DNA of 64,000 nucleotides from Haliotis rubra (taxonomy: Eukaryota), in the NCBI RefSeq assembly GCF_003918875.1, contig NW_025765792.1, forward strand, positions 62,001-126,000. The letters are read 5' to 3'. Position 1 is the first letter of the stretch; each line of letters starts with the position of its first letter. Position numbers and translations under genes: made by a program. The notes under the pieces were generated by a model. That model worked only from the letters and a program-made list of their open reading frames with translations. It searched no databases and was not told where the DNA came from. Positions 50,165-62,914 of this stretch are shown here, piece by piece.

Positions 50165-51451
50165 TAAGACACATGCTCATTTGAAATTCTACCAAAGTAC
50201 CACCCAGTACCCAACCTGTCGTAAATACATGCCACAAACATTCCCACAAATGACCGCCAACATCATTGAGAAGCTATATTTAGAAGGACATACCTTCATG
50301 ACCTATCTGTATATTTAACTGATGGACCTTGTCTCTTTAATAGCAGAGATTGTTTAAAGTACAAACACTGGCTCCTCCGGTCTAACTGATCGAAGTCAGA
50401 TGTAAATATCAAGACTAGATATATTTGCAGTTTAATGTCAATACTTACCGAATGTCCATTTTAGAACACTTTATTTTTATACACTGCGTCTGTACCTTTA
50501 CAGTCCTTAGATGTCTGGGTTGTTCCACAAAAAGGATGCTACCAATGTGTTGTATTTACATACCTATGCATAATACAAAAGGTAGCACTGTAAACTAAAC
50601 GTTTGTATACATTTAAATGACACCTGTGAAACATTGCAATGTGTGAAATCCGATGGATTTGAACATTGGACTGTGGACAACGCAACCTTCTATCCATATT
50701 GCACTCTATCAACTTTTAATTTGCAGAAGGGTATTTATCGGTTTTTAATGTATTTTTACAACATAAAAAGCCAATAACGGAGGTTTTTAATATGAAATGC
50801 CCTTTACATACACAAACTATGTCTGCGAAAATAGGTTTTTGAGATTTGCAACGTTCTAGCAGCGTCTTTAATGACGTCTTCGCTAAAATTCTTTGAAATA
50901 TTTCGGTGAGTAATGCGTGCATTATGGGTTTTAATTTTCATCAGATTTGTTCACATATACGATTATATAATACTCATTCTGTTGTATGTCTAATGTTGCG
51001 TAAATTCATGATTGGCATGTGCTTCACATTTCATAATCATCTGGAGTGTTTGACATATCGCATTTATCATATTCTAAAATGTTAAATTTCATGATTCGAA
51101 TTTATCAGATTCTATAATGTTTTATATTTAGGAATGTTAAAGTTTGAAATGTGGAGGTTTCGTGACATGAAATAATAGAATTTGTACTTTGTATGTAAAA
51201 GTATCTTTAAAATGCGTAATTAGTCTCATTGTGAATTTATCTCATTTGATATCCATATATTTCGTCATATGGAATTATCTTAATTGAAATAAATAACATG
51301 TCGTTTGAAATATTTGATGAGGGGATTTGATGGTTTCGTTTAAAGTTGCCAATGTCACGATGACCGTACCGTTCCAACGAAATGACTGAATATATCTTGG
51401 TGCTTCTCAAGGACAGTGTTACAAAGTCTTATCATCGCTTGCACTTAATAC

Positions 51452-51613
51452 TGACTGAGTTTGGTTTTTACGCCGCTTTGAGCAATATTCCAGCAACATC
51501 ACGGCGGGGGACACCAGAAATGGGCTTCACACATTGTACCCATGTGGGGATTCGAACCCGGGTCTTCAGCGTGACGAGCGGACGCTTTAGTCACTAGGCT
51601 ACCCCACCGCCCC
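51452..51613 (-). mobile_element. SINE family A
   Basis: 15-bp TSD GCTTGCACTTAATAC. Confidence 0.95.
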
Positions 51614-51878
51614 TGCTTGCACTTAATACATGAGTATGGTTTAACATTGCATATAGCAAAATGCCAGCGACACAAGGCCAGGGACATCAAGAAGGGACAT
51701 CAAGAAGGGTATCCGACACATTGCATTGAACTCGTTTTTTTCTAGAACAGATGTTATAAGGTTTACATCCAGCAATTTAATCTCATGTTAATGTCTCCAT
51801 ATCACTTGTATCAAAGTCGTATTTTCAACTTGTCAACCAAATTTGTATTTTGTCGCTCTTATTTACCAGCATGTATTT

Positions 51879-52019
51879 GGGTGGTGGGGTAGCCTTGTGG
51901 TTAAAACGTTCGCTTTTCATGCCGAAGACCCGGGTTCGATTCCCCACATGGGTACAATGTGTGAAGCCCATTTTTGGTGTCCCCCTCCGTGATATTGCTA
52001 GAATATTGCTAAAAGCGGC
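51879..52019 (+). mobile_element. SINE family A
   Basis: Match to consensus. Confidence 0.92.
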
Positions 52020-53105
52020 GAAAAACTAAACTCACTCACCAACATTTATTTAAATTTGTTGATTTAGCCGTATGTAACACTGATTCAGTACCTTCAAGGT
52101 GCACATAGGAAACAATATACAGAAGAAACAAACATGTTAAACATTGTGAATACTAATTATCCACCGTAATCTTAAACAAACATAAATGGATATTTCTGGC
52201 ATTATTGATCATATGTCAAATGGTTACATCAAAGAGGATCAGGCTCTTTTATCTATGATATTATAATGGTTGCCATCCATACCTAATGTTTAATGTCAAT
52301 ACAACCACAACGTCATTGTCACACTAGATAATTCAGATGCAGAAGGAATTATCACGAGAGTCTGAAATGTCTCAACTCACTGACAGTGGAAGAGAAGATC
52401 AAACTATTCAAGTTTAAAATTCAAGTCCAACGTGATTTCTGATAACCCATAGACACAATGAGCCCCAAATAGGGTCCGAAACCGTTATTGACCCCTCTTT
52501 AGGCATATCCAGGAGGTCAAATAAACAGACCAAGAACAAAGCCCTGTAGCAGAGGCCGTCTCACGTGACCTCTGTTATGTTTTAAAACCCTTGAACTTGA
52601 AGAATGGCGCTATGCTCTGATTTGTAATGTGATTTATTCCGCATCTTCTAACGGTTTGTTGAGCATCTGAGTTATCATGACCCTTAGATGCACTGAAATT
52701 ATTTCTTGAAACCAATCCCATGTCTTTCAGTGACTGCATAGCTTTATCAGTTTTCAAAGTTTGTTTGTTGAGACAGTTTTATTCAAATTTAAGATACATC
52801 ATAATGCTTAGTTTATTTTTCTTAGAAAAATACACTCTTTGAAATGTGTTAATTGCAATTAATCACAAAAACTGAAATACAAATTGATAAAATATGAAAT
52901 TATTCAGGAGTTAAAAAGTTAGACAATTCATTCTCTAACACCAAGAGTAACGAGTTGTGGTATCATCATTGTGTTTGTTAATGTGGTATCTTTCAAATGC
53001 TTGTGCATTTATATAATAATAAATCGTTTAGAGAGTGAATTTGAATTATCCCCCAACCTCGAACAAATGTCACTCGACGTGTTCGGACACCGCCCAGGAA
53101 CTGAG

Positions 53106-53266
53106 AGAGTGATTAAGCTTTTACACCGCTGTTAGCAATATTTCAGTAATATCGAGACAGGGGACACCAGAAATAGGCTTAACACATTGTATTCATGTGG
53201 GGCATCGAACCCGGGACTTCATCTTGAAGAACAAACGCTTTAACCACTAGGCTAGCCTACCGCCCC
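53106..53266 (-). mobile_element. SINE family A
   Basis: TSD AGGAACTGAG. Confidence 0.9.
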
Positions 53267-53479
53267 TCTAAGGAACTGAGTTTGTACACATAAGTCACCA
53301 TGTCCATTATCAGGAGATATATCAACTTGAAATGAAAAGGTTTTTGTATCTGGAACTAACGATTACAACATGATTGACTGTCAGATACCATTTATCTCAC
53401 ACCGAGTTGTTTGAAACGGTATCTAATGAACGAGAGAGACATTGACACTCACACCCTAAAAGTTATATTTTTAGCATCG

Positions 53480-53648
53480 TGAGTGAGTGAGTGAGTTTGG
53501 TTTTACGCCGCTTTTAGCAATATTCCAGCAACATCACGGCGGGGGACACCAGAAATGAGCTTCACACAATGTACCCATGTGGGGATTCGAACCCGGGTCT
53601 TCGGCGTGACGAGCCAACGCTTTAACCACTAGGCTACCCCACCGCCCC
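53480..53648 (-). mobile_element. SINE family A
   Basis: TSD TTTTAGCATCG. Confidence 0.95.
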
Positions 53649-54554
53649 TTTTAGCATCGAATCAATGCAGATTTTAGTCTATTCTCATGTTCCTTATTGC
53701 GTAAGACAGCGGTTCGTCATTCTTCCTACTGCTCAAATCGAGTACATAATTTACTGCCTGTATCATGATTCACTGTTTAGATTACTAATTACTACTTATT
53801 GCACCATATGTATAATGTATATGTATAACTCCAATGTATATGGGCCGGAGGCCCTTTTGTACAATAAACATCTTTGACTTTGACTTGAGTGTGACCCTCC
53901 ATAAAACGGTTTCTGTTGAGTACCAAGGAGAAAACATAAACTAGATAAGATTAAAGAACATTTGTCTCTCTTAAATAATAAAGTTTCGACACACGTATGT
54001 ATGTGAATGTGACCAAGAAATGATCAATGAATGAAAATATGTCAAGTAGTTTGTCATAATTTAACCTCAGGTCATCGTGAAGTAGCCATTCATGGACCTG
54101 GAATTTGATCTTACTCATATGATTGATTTAAATTTGCTCACACGGGCTTTTTGCTAGAGCATGTGAGAAAATGTGTTCTTCATGCCACTGGTGACGTTGT
54201 CCACAGGGGTGATCTAATCCAGCCCCAAACAGTAATTAATGGGGAAAGGGCCTAGGGTCAACGATGTGGCTGAAATTCTGCCGATGTGACTTTAACATTT
54301 AACTCACTCACCCAGGGGCTGGGGAATCACGGTCCCCTTGATCTGTGTTTACCTTGAGCGTGTGTTCAATATAGAAGCATAAAATCATTTATGTCTTTGT
54401 TAACCTTTGCTATCAGCTATGACACATGACCACTTGACCATACAGTCGTGGCGTACATGCAGTATAGGTTTGCTGGGAGAGAGGGCTAAGGTCCTCTGTA
54501 CACTCAATATCTCACATTGTGCCGCTTGTAATTATGGAATATACTTTGTATATA

Positions 54555-54683
54555 TACTGGACAAAATAAGTTAGGGATATTGGTATTTTTATGATTAATA
54601 TTTTATCAGTGTGTCAATGAATAAATAGATCATTATTCATTATTTCAAAATTTACATATATCCCTAACTATCTTTATCCAGTA
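54555..54683. mobile_element. Tc1/mariner-type MITE (same family as 10641, opposite orientation)
   Basis: TIR TACTGGACAAAATAAGTTAGGGATAT, TA flanks. Confidence 0.85.
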
Positions 54684-55577
54684 TATTTAAAACATCGCTT
54701 TGCTTTATAACATGTAAATGTTACGGTATATTAAAAAAGTTTTGTAGTTATGACTTTCTTGGCTACATGTCAGCAAATCTGTTGTCTCATAAGGATCATA
54801 GCTAAAAATGGTTCTGGGAGTGCCAACTATGTGCAGCATTACACGTGGAATGAGTTTGAACTGGATGAGACTGAACCCATCATCAACACCTTCTAGTAAT
54901 CCCTTCAGCTTAAGAATATTGTCCTTACAGCAAACGTGTCGAGGTGTAATCTGTTCACTCCAATGAGCGTCTATGTAAATGTTTCCCCAACACTGCTTTA
55001 TATAATCTGTATGGGTTCTCTAGGTATGAGTGCACACTGCCTGACTTGTACATTACATTGACATTTGTTTCGGTCCTTGAGTAACATGTCCACGTGTCTG
55101 GCGCTTCTTGAACAAGCGTTTGAAAGAAGCAAGGATGGCAATCATTTAAGAATAAAGGATGTAAAAATGAGTTTGGACTTGGCGTTAGCGAGCAGTGGTT
55201 TCGTCACATTGCCAATGTTAGTGTGATAAAAACGTAGAGAGTCTTCTTCGGGAAGACTGGAATATTGCCTACCATTACACCACTTCAACCGTTGGTGATG
55301 AGGTGCATCAAGTTCATAACTGTCAACGACATTTTAACGGTACATGGAGCGTTCCTGTTGTCCTGATTTCTAATCAAATATTATTAATTATTTCTAAAGT
55401 CACATTGTGATACGGGTTGGCTGACAAGTCAATGTACAATGCGCTAGTGATATGATTAAGTATGCAGATTAGCGTCATAAATAATTACAATTAAGTCTCA
55501 CATGGCTTGGTTACATAGTTTTTGTCTTTAGAAATATTTGGACGATGGCTGTCCTGAATTAATCGCTATGATATATG

Positions 55578-55804
55578 CAGTGTATGAAATAAGCCAAAAC
55601 CCCAGCCAGACATCAGGGCTGGTAACTTCAAAATGTTACCAGTCCAAAATGGATTTAACCAGACCAGACACCAAGATATGACTAAGATGTATATAACATC
55701 TAAATTTTTTACCAGACCATCGGGCTGGCGAGCTGTAAATCTAGACCATCCGTCTGAAATCTAATCCGTCTCGGGAGGTCGGACGGGCCTTATTTCATAC
55801 ACTG
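55578..55804. mobile_element. MITE with 16-bp TIR
   Basis: CAGTGTATGAAATAAG...CTTATTTCATACACTG; 7-bp TSD ATATATG. Confidence 0.9.
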
Positions 55805-56266
55805 ATATATGTTTCTGTAAATAATATTAACGAATCATCTAGAGGTAAAGGTACATTGTAAATTTTATATGTGCCTGTTGTATTCGACCGATGAGGGTCC
55901 GACGAAGGTCCATGCTTAACATGTTAACAAACTTGAACCTGCATCCAAGCTTTACATATTACACCCATCGGAATGACTCTCTTGCTTTTGAATGCTGTGG
56001 TGTGTGCAGAAGGAAAAGCATTTACATGTTTACTAATTCCATTCATTTTTCGCCGAAAGAATTTGACTTTGAAAGAATTGTATATCAAAGGAGTTTCCTT
56101 GTAAAAACATCGTCGGGATAGATTCCTGGGAAGGGAAAACTTCTGTTAAGAATCATTAGGTGACGTTTATACTGTCAAAAATGCTCATTATTTATAGATA
56201 CTCCAGAAACCACTCCCAAGAACTGAAGGTCGGCAGTTCTTGTCACGTCATCAATACGGAACATTA

Positions 56267-56419
56267 GTGAATAAGTATCGTTTTACACCGCTTTAGCAAT
56301 ATTCCATCAATATCGCGGCGAGGGACATCAGAAATGAGTTTCACACATTGTGCCCATGGGGAATCGAACCCGGGTCTTTGGTGTAACGAGCAAACGCTTT
56401 AACCACTGGGCTACCCCGG
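56267..56419 (-). mobile_element. SINE family A
   Basis: TSD CGGAACATTA. Confidence 0.92.
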
Positions 56420-57604
56420 CGGAACATTAACATATGGTACTTGTTGTTACTCTGCCTGTCAGTAAGGATATAAGAGGAGTTGGTTTAGCGTTAAAGTAAT
56501 GTATCCGAGAGCAATATTCATGTTAAACTGCATGATGGTGAATCAATGGAATACCGCACTGAAAAACATGCACGTGCTTAAATTATTTGAAAATGCATCA
56601 TGAGGTCACATATTTATCTCAATTGAGACTTAATTGTAATTGTTCATATGACTCTAATCTGCATACTTAATCCTTCTCACTACCGCATTGAACATTGACT
56701 TGTCAGCCAACCCGTACCACACTGTCACTTTCAATTAGAAATCGGGATAACTACAGTTCGTACTTTCGAGTTTCCAGATGAAAAATGGTTGTGTACATAT
56801 ATAAGCTACACAATCACACGTTTTCAAATATAAAATCCACGAAATTATGGTCCTTTCATCATATGCTGTGAGAATAATCCGATAATTTGCACCTACATAT
56901 TCCCAAATATTTGCTATCATTGCAGTGAGAATACTGCGCATCTTTCAGCCTTTCTACTGCGTAGAACTTGGTGACGCATTGATCCTAAAAAGCACCCGAT
57001 CTTGGCAGATGTTTCAGTAAGACAATGTGTACATACATTCTTTAATTCCTTCCTCGTGATGGTGGACTGTCACAGAAAAAATTGTTTAAAGTACGCGTCT
57101 AGGGCAATAAGTATAGGCGCGTTGTCTAACGCTTCTAATCTACTGTAAACATATGATGTGTCAGGGACCAGGAAACATGTGCTCAAAAATCGATGACGTC
57201 ACCATTGTGTGCTTCGTCGTTGAACTCAAGGCCGATGAAAATCGTTTTGTCTTATATTTCGACAACAAAGGAAGTTTTGAATTGAATACATTCATCCTTA
57301 TCTTTGTGAAATAATAGAGTATACAGTTTGAAATCTTGGAAACATTCTAGAAAACAAAACAAAACATGGTACATCACTCTGATATGTTCAAGTGTTTTTA
57401 TGGCTTTAGTTATGAAATACTGTATTTGCATGAGCAACAAACATTTTGGTTTAGTGAAATAAAACTATTTCCTGGAACAACGTTAGGACTCCTCAGTGAC
57501 GGAATGGTTATTAGAGGACAGCCATGGAATCATTATATAAGTAGCACCTGTCTTTTATATCAAATAACAAGTCAACATAAGACACCATAAACAACACATC
57601 GAAG

Positions 57605-57845
57605 TTGTAGGGCGGCGGTTCGATTCGCAGACGCATCATACCTAAAGACGTCAACAGATGGTGCTCGTTATACTGCCTCTTTTGGGGATTTAGCCTATAG
57701 GGAATAAATAGGGCTGTCTGAAGGTATTGTGTCTGGATAGACTATCAAACTACAAATGAGCACTAACTGCTAACAAACAACTAACTGCTAGCACGAGCAA
57801 ACAGGGATATGCACACACACACAGGCATGCACGCACACACGCGTA
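57605..57845 (+). mobile_element. Degenerate V-domain SINE
   Basis: B box GGTTCGATTC followed by CATCATACCTAAAGACGTCAACAGATGGTGCTCG. Confidence 0.6.
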
Positions 57846-57875
57846 TGAATGCTAGCTTTAATCCATTTCACCGTG

Positions 57876-58452
57876 CAATATATTCAATGAAGAGCAATAT
57901 ACTCAATGAACAGCAATATACTCAATGATGAGAAATGTACTCAATGAAGAGCAATATACTCAATGAGAAATATATTCAATGATGAGAAATATACTCAATG
58001 ATGAGAAATATATTCAATGATGAGAAATATAGAAGAGCAATCTATTCAATGAAGAGCAATATACTCAAGGATGAGAAATATATTTAATGAAGAGTGAGTG
58101 AGTGAGTTTAGTTTTACGCCGCACTCAGCAATATTCCAGCTATATGGCGGCGGTCTGTAAATAATCGAGTCTGGACCAGACAATCCAGTGATGAACAACA
58201 TGAGCATCGATCTGCGCAATTGGGAACCGATGACATGTCTCAACCAAGTCAGCGAGCCTGACCACCAGATCCCGTTGGTCGCGTCTTACGACAAGCATAG
58301 TCGCCTTTTGTGGCAAGCATGGGTCGCTGAGGACCTATTCTACCCCGGATCTTCACGGGTCTACTCAATGATGAGAATTATAGAAGAGCAATATACTCAA
58401 TGATGAGAAATATACTCAATGAAGAGCAATATACTCAATGATGAGAAATATG
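57876..58452. repeat. ~19-bp minisatellite (AATATACTCAATGA(A/T)GAG(C/A)) interrupted by a family B insertion
   Basis: More than 12 imperfect copies flanking 58092-58360. Confidence 0.9.
58092..58360 (-). mobile_element. Family B, full length, duplicated-hairpin subfamily
   Basis: Same internal duplication as the 49105 copy. Confidence 0.95.
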
Positions 58453-58724
58453 ATGATGATGACAATGTTTATTCCACGACTGATAAATAATGATGTTAAT
58501 CGTGCTGATGGAAAAGATGAGGACCTGAAAATGAGGGCGATATGGATGATGATGATGATGATGATGATGATCCGGATCAATCGAAAATCATAATCTCTGA
58601 GATCAGTTCCACTAGAAAGGTGCTTCACACATTGTACCTATGTGTGGAATTGAATCCAAATCTTTAAGAGGCTCTGCAATGGTCCCTGGAAACAACAAAT
58701 GCTGATGGTAATGCTGCTGTTCTT

Positions 58725-58872
58725 TTGTTTTGTTAGTTTGTTGTTTAACGTCGCTCTCAGTAATATTCCAGCTATGTGACAACGGTGTGTAAATAATCAA
58801 GTCACAGTCGAGGACCAGAAAATCGTAATCAACATCACGAGCATCGATCTGCGCAATTGGGATACGATGACA
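58725..58872 (-). mobile_element. Family B 3' part
   Basis: Match to consensus; abuts the Meta-like SINE tail. Confidence 0.8.
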
Positions 58873-58874
58873 TT

Positions 58875-59363
58875 ATTATATTTTATTTTATTATCATAGG
58901 ATATTTATATAGCGCACATATCCACGCAACTAGTACATGCTCAATGCGCTGATATGTTCCCCCTCGATCATTGGATGTCAATCTCAACGGGACATTGTAT
59001 TATCAATTCCAACTCCCCGGGGAGTAAACAACTCTTGCAGCCACTAGGGGAGTAAACAACTCTTGCAGCCACTAGTCCCAGTACTTTGTCCAAGTTCACT
59101 GCACGTTGCTGTACCCTCAACTAGGTGTTTGCACATATTCATGTGGCCACCATCTGGTCATATACCAACGGATTCGTGGGTTCTTTTAAGTGCACAGGGT
59201 TGTGTACTGTACACTAGGGGTTGTGACAACACTGAAAGAGTCTGCACACAAAGTTGACTCAAAGGTTTTTACACCCAGTCACAGGTGGGCTCGATCCCGG
59301 CACCTCCAAGCTCGCTGGATCACTAGCCTGGCATCTTAGCCAGCTTGACCACATGCTCGCACC
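58875..59363 (-). mobile_element. Composite Meta-like SINE (same family as 42173)
   Basis: Reverse-complement match to 42173-42570; internal 29-bp duplication GGGGAGTAAACAACTCTTGCAGCCACTAG. Confidence 0.85.
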
Positions 59364-61132
59364 ATTACATGCATAAACACATGCTCTGTCATCGTATTGA
59401 ATGGTGACAACCACTGGATTTGTTTACAAACTACATCATACAGCTGTAATACTGCTGAAACCAATATCTGCTCATGATATAGTCACAACTGTACACTCGA
59501 CTCTGCTTTTAGCAGAGATTTCTTACGAATGTGCAAAGGTTTTTCTCGCTTTTATTTATGTGTAAACCAAGTCAGAGAGCCATGGAGTAAAATGTGAGAA
59601 TGTTTGCGAAAACAGAACAGAAAGATATAGCATTAATGGGTGGCATGTTTGAGTAAACGAAGGTATTTCCATTGTCAATATGAAGAGGTAAACGTGATGT
59701 CATTTCAGAAATATTTCAATTTCCTTAAAAATCAAAATCAAAACAGAACGCTTCCCAAGCAAACCATCCCACGTTTCAAATGATAAATATATTTAAGTCT
59801 ACTTGAGCTTAGATTGCACATTTCGTCACCTAGCCTCGTTGAGTTATTTGTATGAAGCATATTACCAGCTATCACCGTGTTTTGTCTACAGGAAGTTTCA
59901 GTGATGAGCGAGCTTGTTTCTTCTACGAGGTCAGAGTGTGGAGACGTCCTAAAGATCCCTCTAAGATACAACTGGTATAAACGCATTTCCTCTTCACTAT
60001 TCCTTTCAAGCATCGTGTCTTACATAAGTTAGCTTAGGATGTACACAAGCGGCTTAGAGGATATACGCTCTGGGTTGCCGTTCACAGGAAATGTGTGGAG
60101 ACATAGGTACACAAAGTCATGACGTCATCAATTCTTGCTTACACATTCTTTACAAGTACAAGTTTCGTGAAGGGGAATGAGTGGGATACGTTCCCTGAAT
60201 CGACACAGTCAGCGCATCTGTTGAACGTCGTCACAGCATGCGTGAAGTGAAATACTTTAAAATACAATGAGGTTTTGGCGTATTGAAAATTATTAAACAC
60301 CTGGTATCATCGCTATTGTATGTCAAAATATATTCATGAACCAATACATATGATAGTCGGAAACGTACAATAGATTCTGCTTTTAGTAAATAATTATTAT
60401 GCTATGTAAAGAGCTTAGTCATGTGGCCTATTCCTATTACGTCACTAAAACCGACAGGTGTCGCTTTATTGTCAGTTTTAGGTCTATGTACTTTCTATCT
60501 GACTGTGGTATATGCTACTATATATTATGCCAGTTAAATAGGATGTATATTTTGAAATATTTAATTGTTTAAAAATTTCACAATGTTTGTGATTTGATCA
60601 CGTTTGACGTAGTTTCGGTTTTGTCGCTTTTGTTTAATTTCTCAGTCATTAAAACATGGTTCTGTGTATTTTCATTGTTATACACGGACAAAATGCATCC
60701 AACTTGCCATAACTGGGAGACACACATGCGTAGAATATCTTCAATGTAGATACCGGCTGCTTGTAGTGAGTAGGAGGTTATACAAAGGAATGGTATAACC
60801 TGTATATCGACGAGACAAAATTGTGTATGCGCTGATTCAGGGAGCTGTCTGTGTGTGTGCGTACGTGTGGATGCAGGGGATAATAACATACGTTTGAGGT
60901 ATAAACGTATTTCAACACTTAAAGTGACACGTACTGAGATATGTCGCAAACGTATTGTTACGACTGTCACATTTGTAAATTGCGGATTATCTGCATTCAT
61001 TTGGAAGTGATCACTAAATGAACCTCTCCTTCTTAAAAAAAGGTATGTTGATAATTGTCGACTGTCTTTACGTCATCCAGTATGACAAACTAATATAGTG
61101 ACAAACTGTCATCTCAAATGTTAAATTCATAG

Positions 61133-61330
61133 TGCGTAAAAGACGACTAACGGGATCAGGTGGTAAGGCTCGTGGCTTGGTTGACACATGTCATCGGTTC
61201 CCAATTGCGCAGGTCAATGCTCATGCTGTTGATCACTGGATTGTGTTGTCCAGACTCGATTATTTACAGACCGCCGCCATATAGCTGGAATATTGGAGTG
61301 CGGTGTAACACTAAACTCACTCACTCACTC
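61133..61330 (+). mobile_element. Family B, 5'-truncated
   Basis: Match to consensus. Confidence 0.9.
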
Positions 61331-61941
61331 ACCAATTTCATAATGGCTAAATGAACATGTACAACATAAACAAATGATGAACAAACAAACAAATACTTCC
61401 ATGCAAGATTAACACCTGGTGTCAATACATAGTGACACCATGAGGTAACCAGTATAATATGATGACATGTCTTGCTGACTTCGTGCACATATCACAGGCC
61501 TTATCTGGGTTGGCATTTATAAACAATCAATTACCACATTTTACGCTGTTGTGGCTAGTTAATTATGACACTGCAGAAAGATACACCTAATGCGGGTATC
61601 GTTTTCAGACTTTGAGTATTTGATAAAAATAGACAGCATCACTGATACCTTTTCTTAAACATCACCAAAATACGTTTCAGAACTATTTTGTGTACTTTTA
61701 TGACTAACTATTTGTTTATTAATTACGAAACTGATACACGTCCTTCCAGTGGAGATGTTCAGAAGATCAAACATTGAACTTGTGTCTAAACAAACAAAAG
61801 TGAAATGTCTGATGTTTAAGTTTTGCATTACAACGAGGCTGACATCAATAACTGGCCAGTGAAAGTCTCAGATGCCTGTGGGATTGTGCCAACACACATT
61901 CCTCAGTGGCTGAAGGATGGGGCTGAAGTGATGGGGACTCG

Positions 61942-62086
61942 CCTGGACGTTAACAGATGTACCAGCTACAGTTACCTCTCCTGGACGTTAACAGATGTAC
62001 CAGCTACAGTTAACTCTCCTGGACGTTAACAGATGTACCAGCTACAGTTACCTCTCCTGGACGTTAACAGATGCACCAGCTATAGT
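61942..62086. repeat. 38-bp minisatellite, ~3.8 copies
   Basis: CCTGGACGTTAACAGATGTACCAGCTACAGTTACCTCT. Confidence 0.93.
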
Positions 62087-62695
62087 CTGTTTGCAGTGAA
62101 AACGTACCGATGAATTGCGAATCCTCATAATTTTACCTTCTCAACTGAACATTTAAATATATCTCAGAATTTTATTCAACTTTGGGTAAAAGTCGTTTAA
62201 CAAACGATCATAGATTCAAATCGCTATTATTGGTTTGCTTTACGCAGTGGTTGGAACAGTGAAACAAATGCACGTGCGGGACGTGATGAGCGTTAACTTA
62301 GACCAACCCTACTTGTTCTCGGTGTTTCATTTAATGTGCATACCCCCTTGTGATACAAACCAAGAAGAAGAACACTGATTGACTCTGCATGTATTTTGGT
62401 TCTTGGTACCGGTTTACATTAAATTATTCACTTATCACCCCATAATTTAATATTTTCTATAGCATAATTATAGTTGCAAAATTGAATGGATGTGTTCATA
62501 TTGTTGGACTAATTGTACAAAAACTTTTTTGATCCATTAATGTCAGCAGGTATGATTCTTATTGACATTGCATTACTAGAATTACACTTATTGCAGTTGA
62601 AGGCCTCTTTGTAGCAGAACAATTAACTTATAAAATTCGTAGTCACCGGCAAACGGTTGTGGAGAGTTGCTTCTCTTAGTTGTGCCATGATACAG

Positions 62696-62914
62696 TAAGT
62701 GAGTGAGTTTGGTTTTACGCCGCACTCAGCAATATTCCAGCTATATGGCAGCGGTCTGTAAATAATCGAGTCAGGACCAGACAATCCAGTGATCAACAGC
62801 ATGAGCATCGATCTGCGCAAGTGGTAACCGATGACATGTGTCAAACACGTCAGCGAGCCTGACCACTCGATCCCGTTAGTCGCCTCTTACTACAAGCATG
62901 GGTTACTGAAGATC
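62696..62914 (-). mobile_element. Family B, slightly 5'-truncated
   Basis: Match to consensus. Confidence 0.92.

Larger units (their letters stand above)
55390..56740. mobile_element. Long-TIR (foldback/Mutator-like) non-autonomous element
   Basis: ~110-bp inverted repeats at ~55390-55500 and ~56623-56740 (TACGGGTTGGCTGACAAGTCAATG..GATTAAGTATGCAGATTAG..AATTACAATTAAGTCTCA). Confidence 0.75.

Noticed and set aside
52337-52441. LNSLTVEEKIKLF resembling a pogo/Tigger HTH start
   Set aside because: Too short, stops follow, and no further transposase motifs
60578-61000. 140-aa minus-strand ORF
   Set aside because: No recognisable domain or splice support; includes a microsatellite-derived segment
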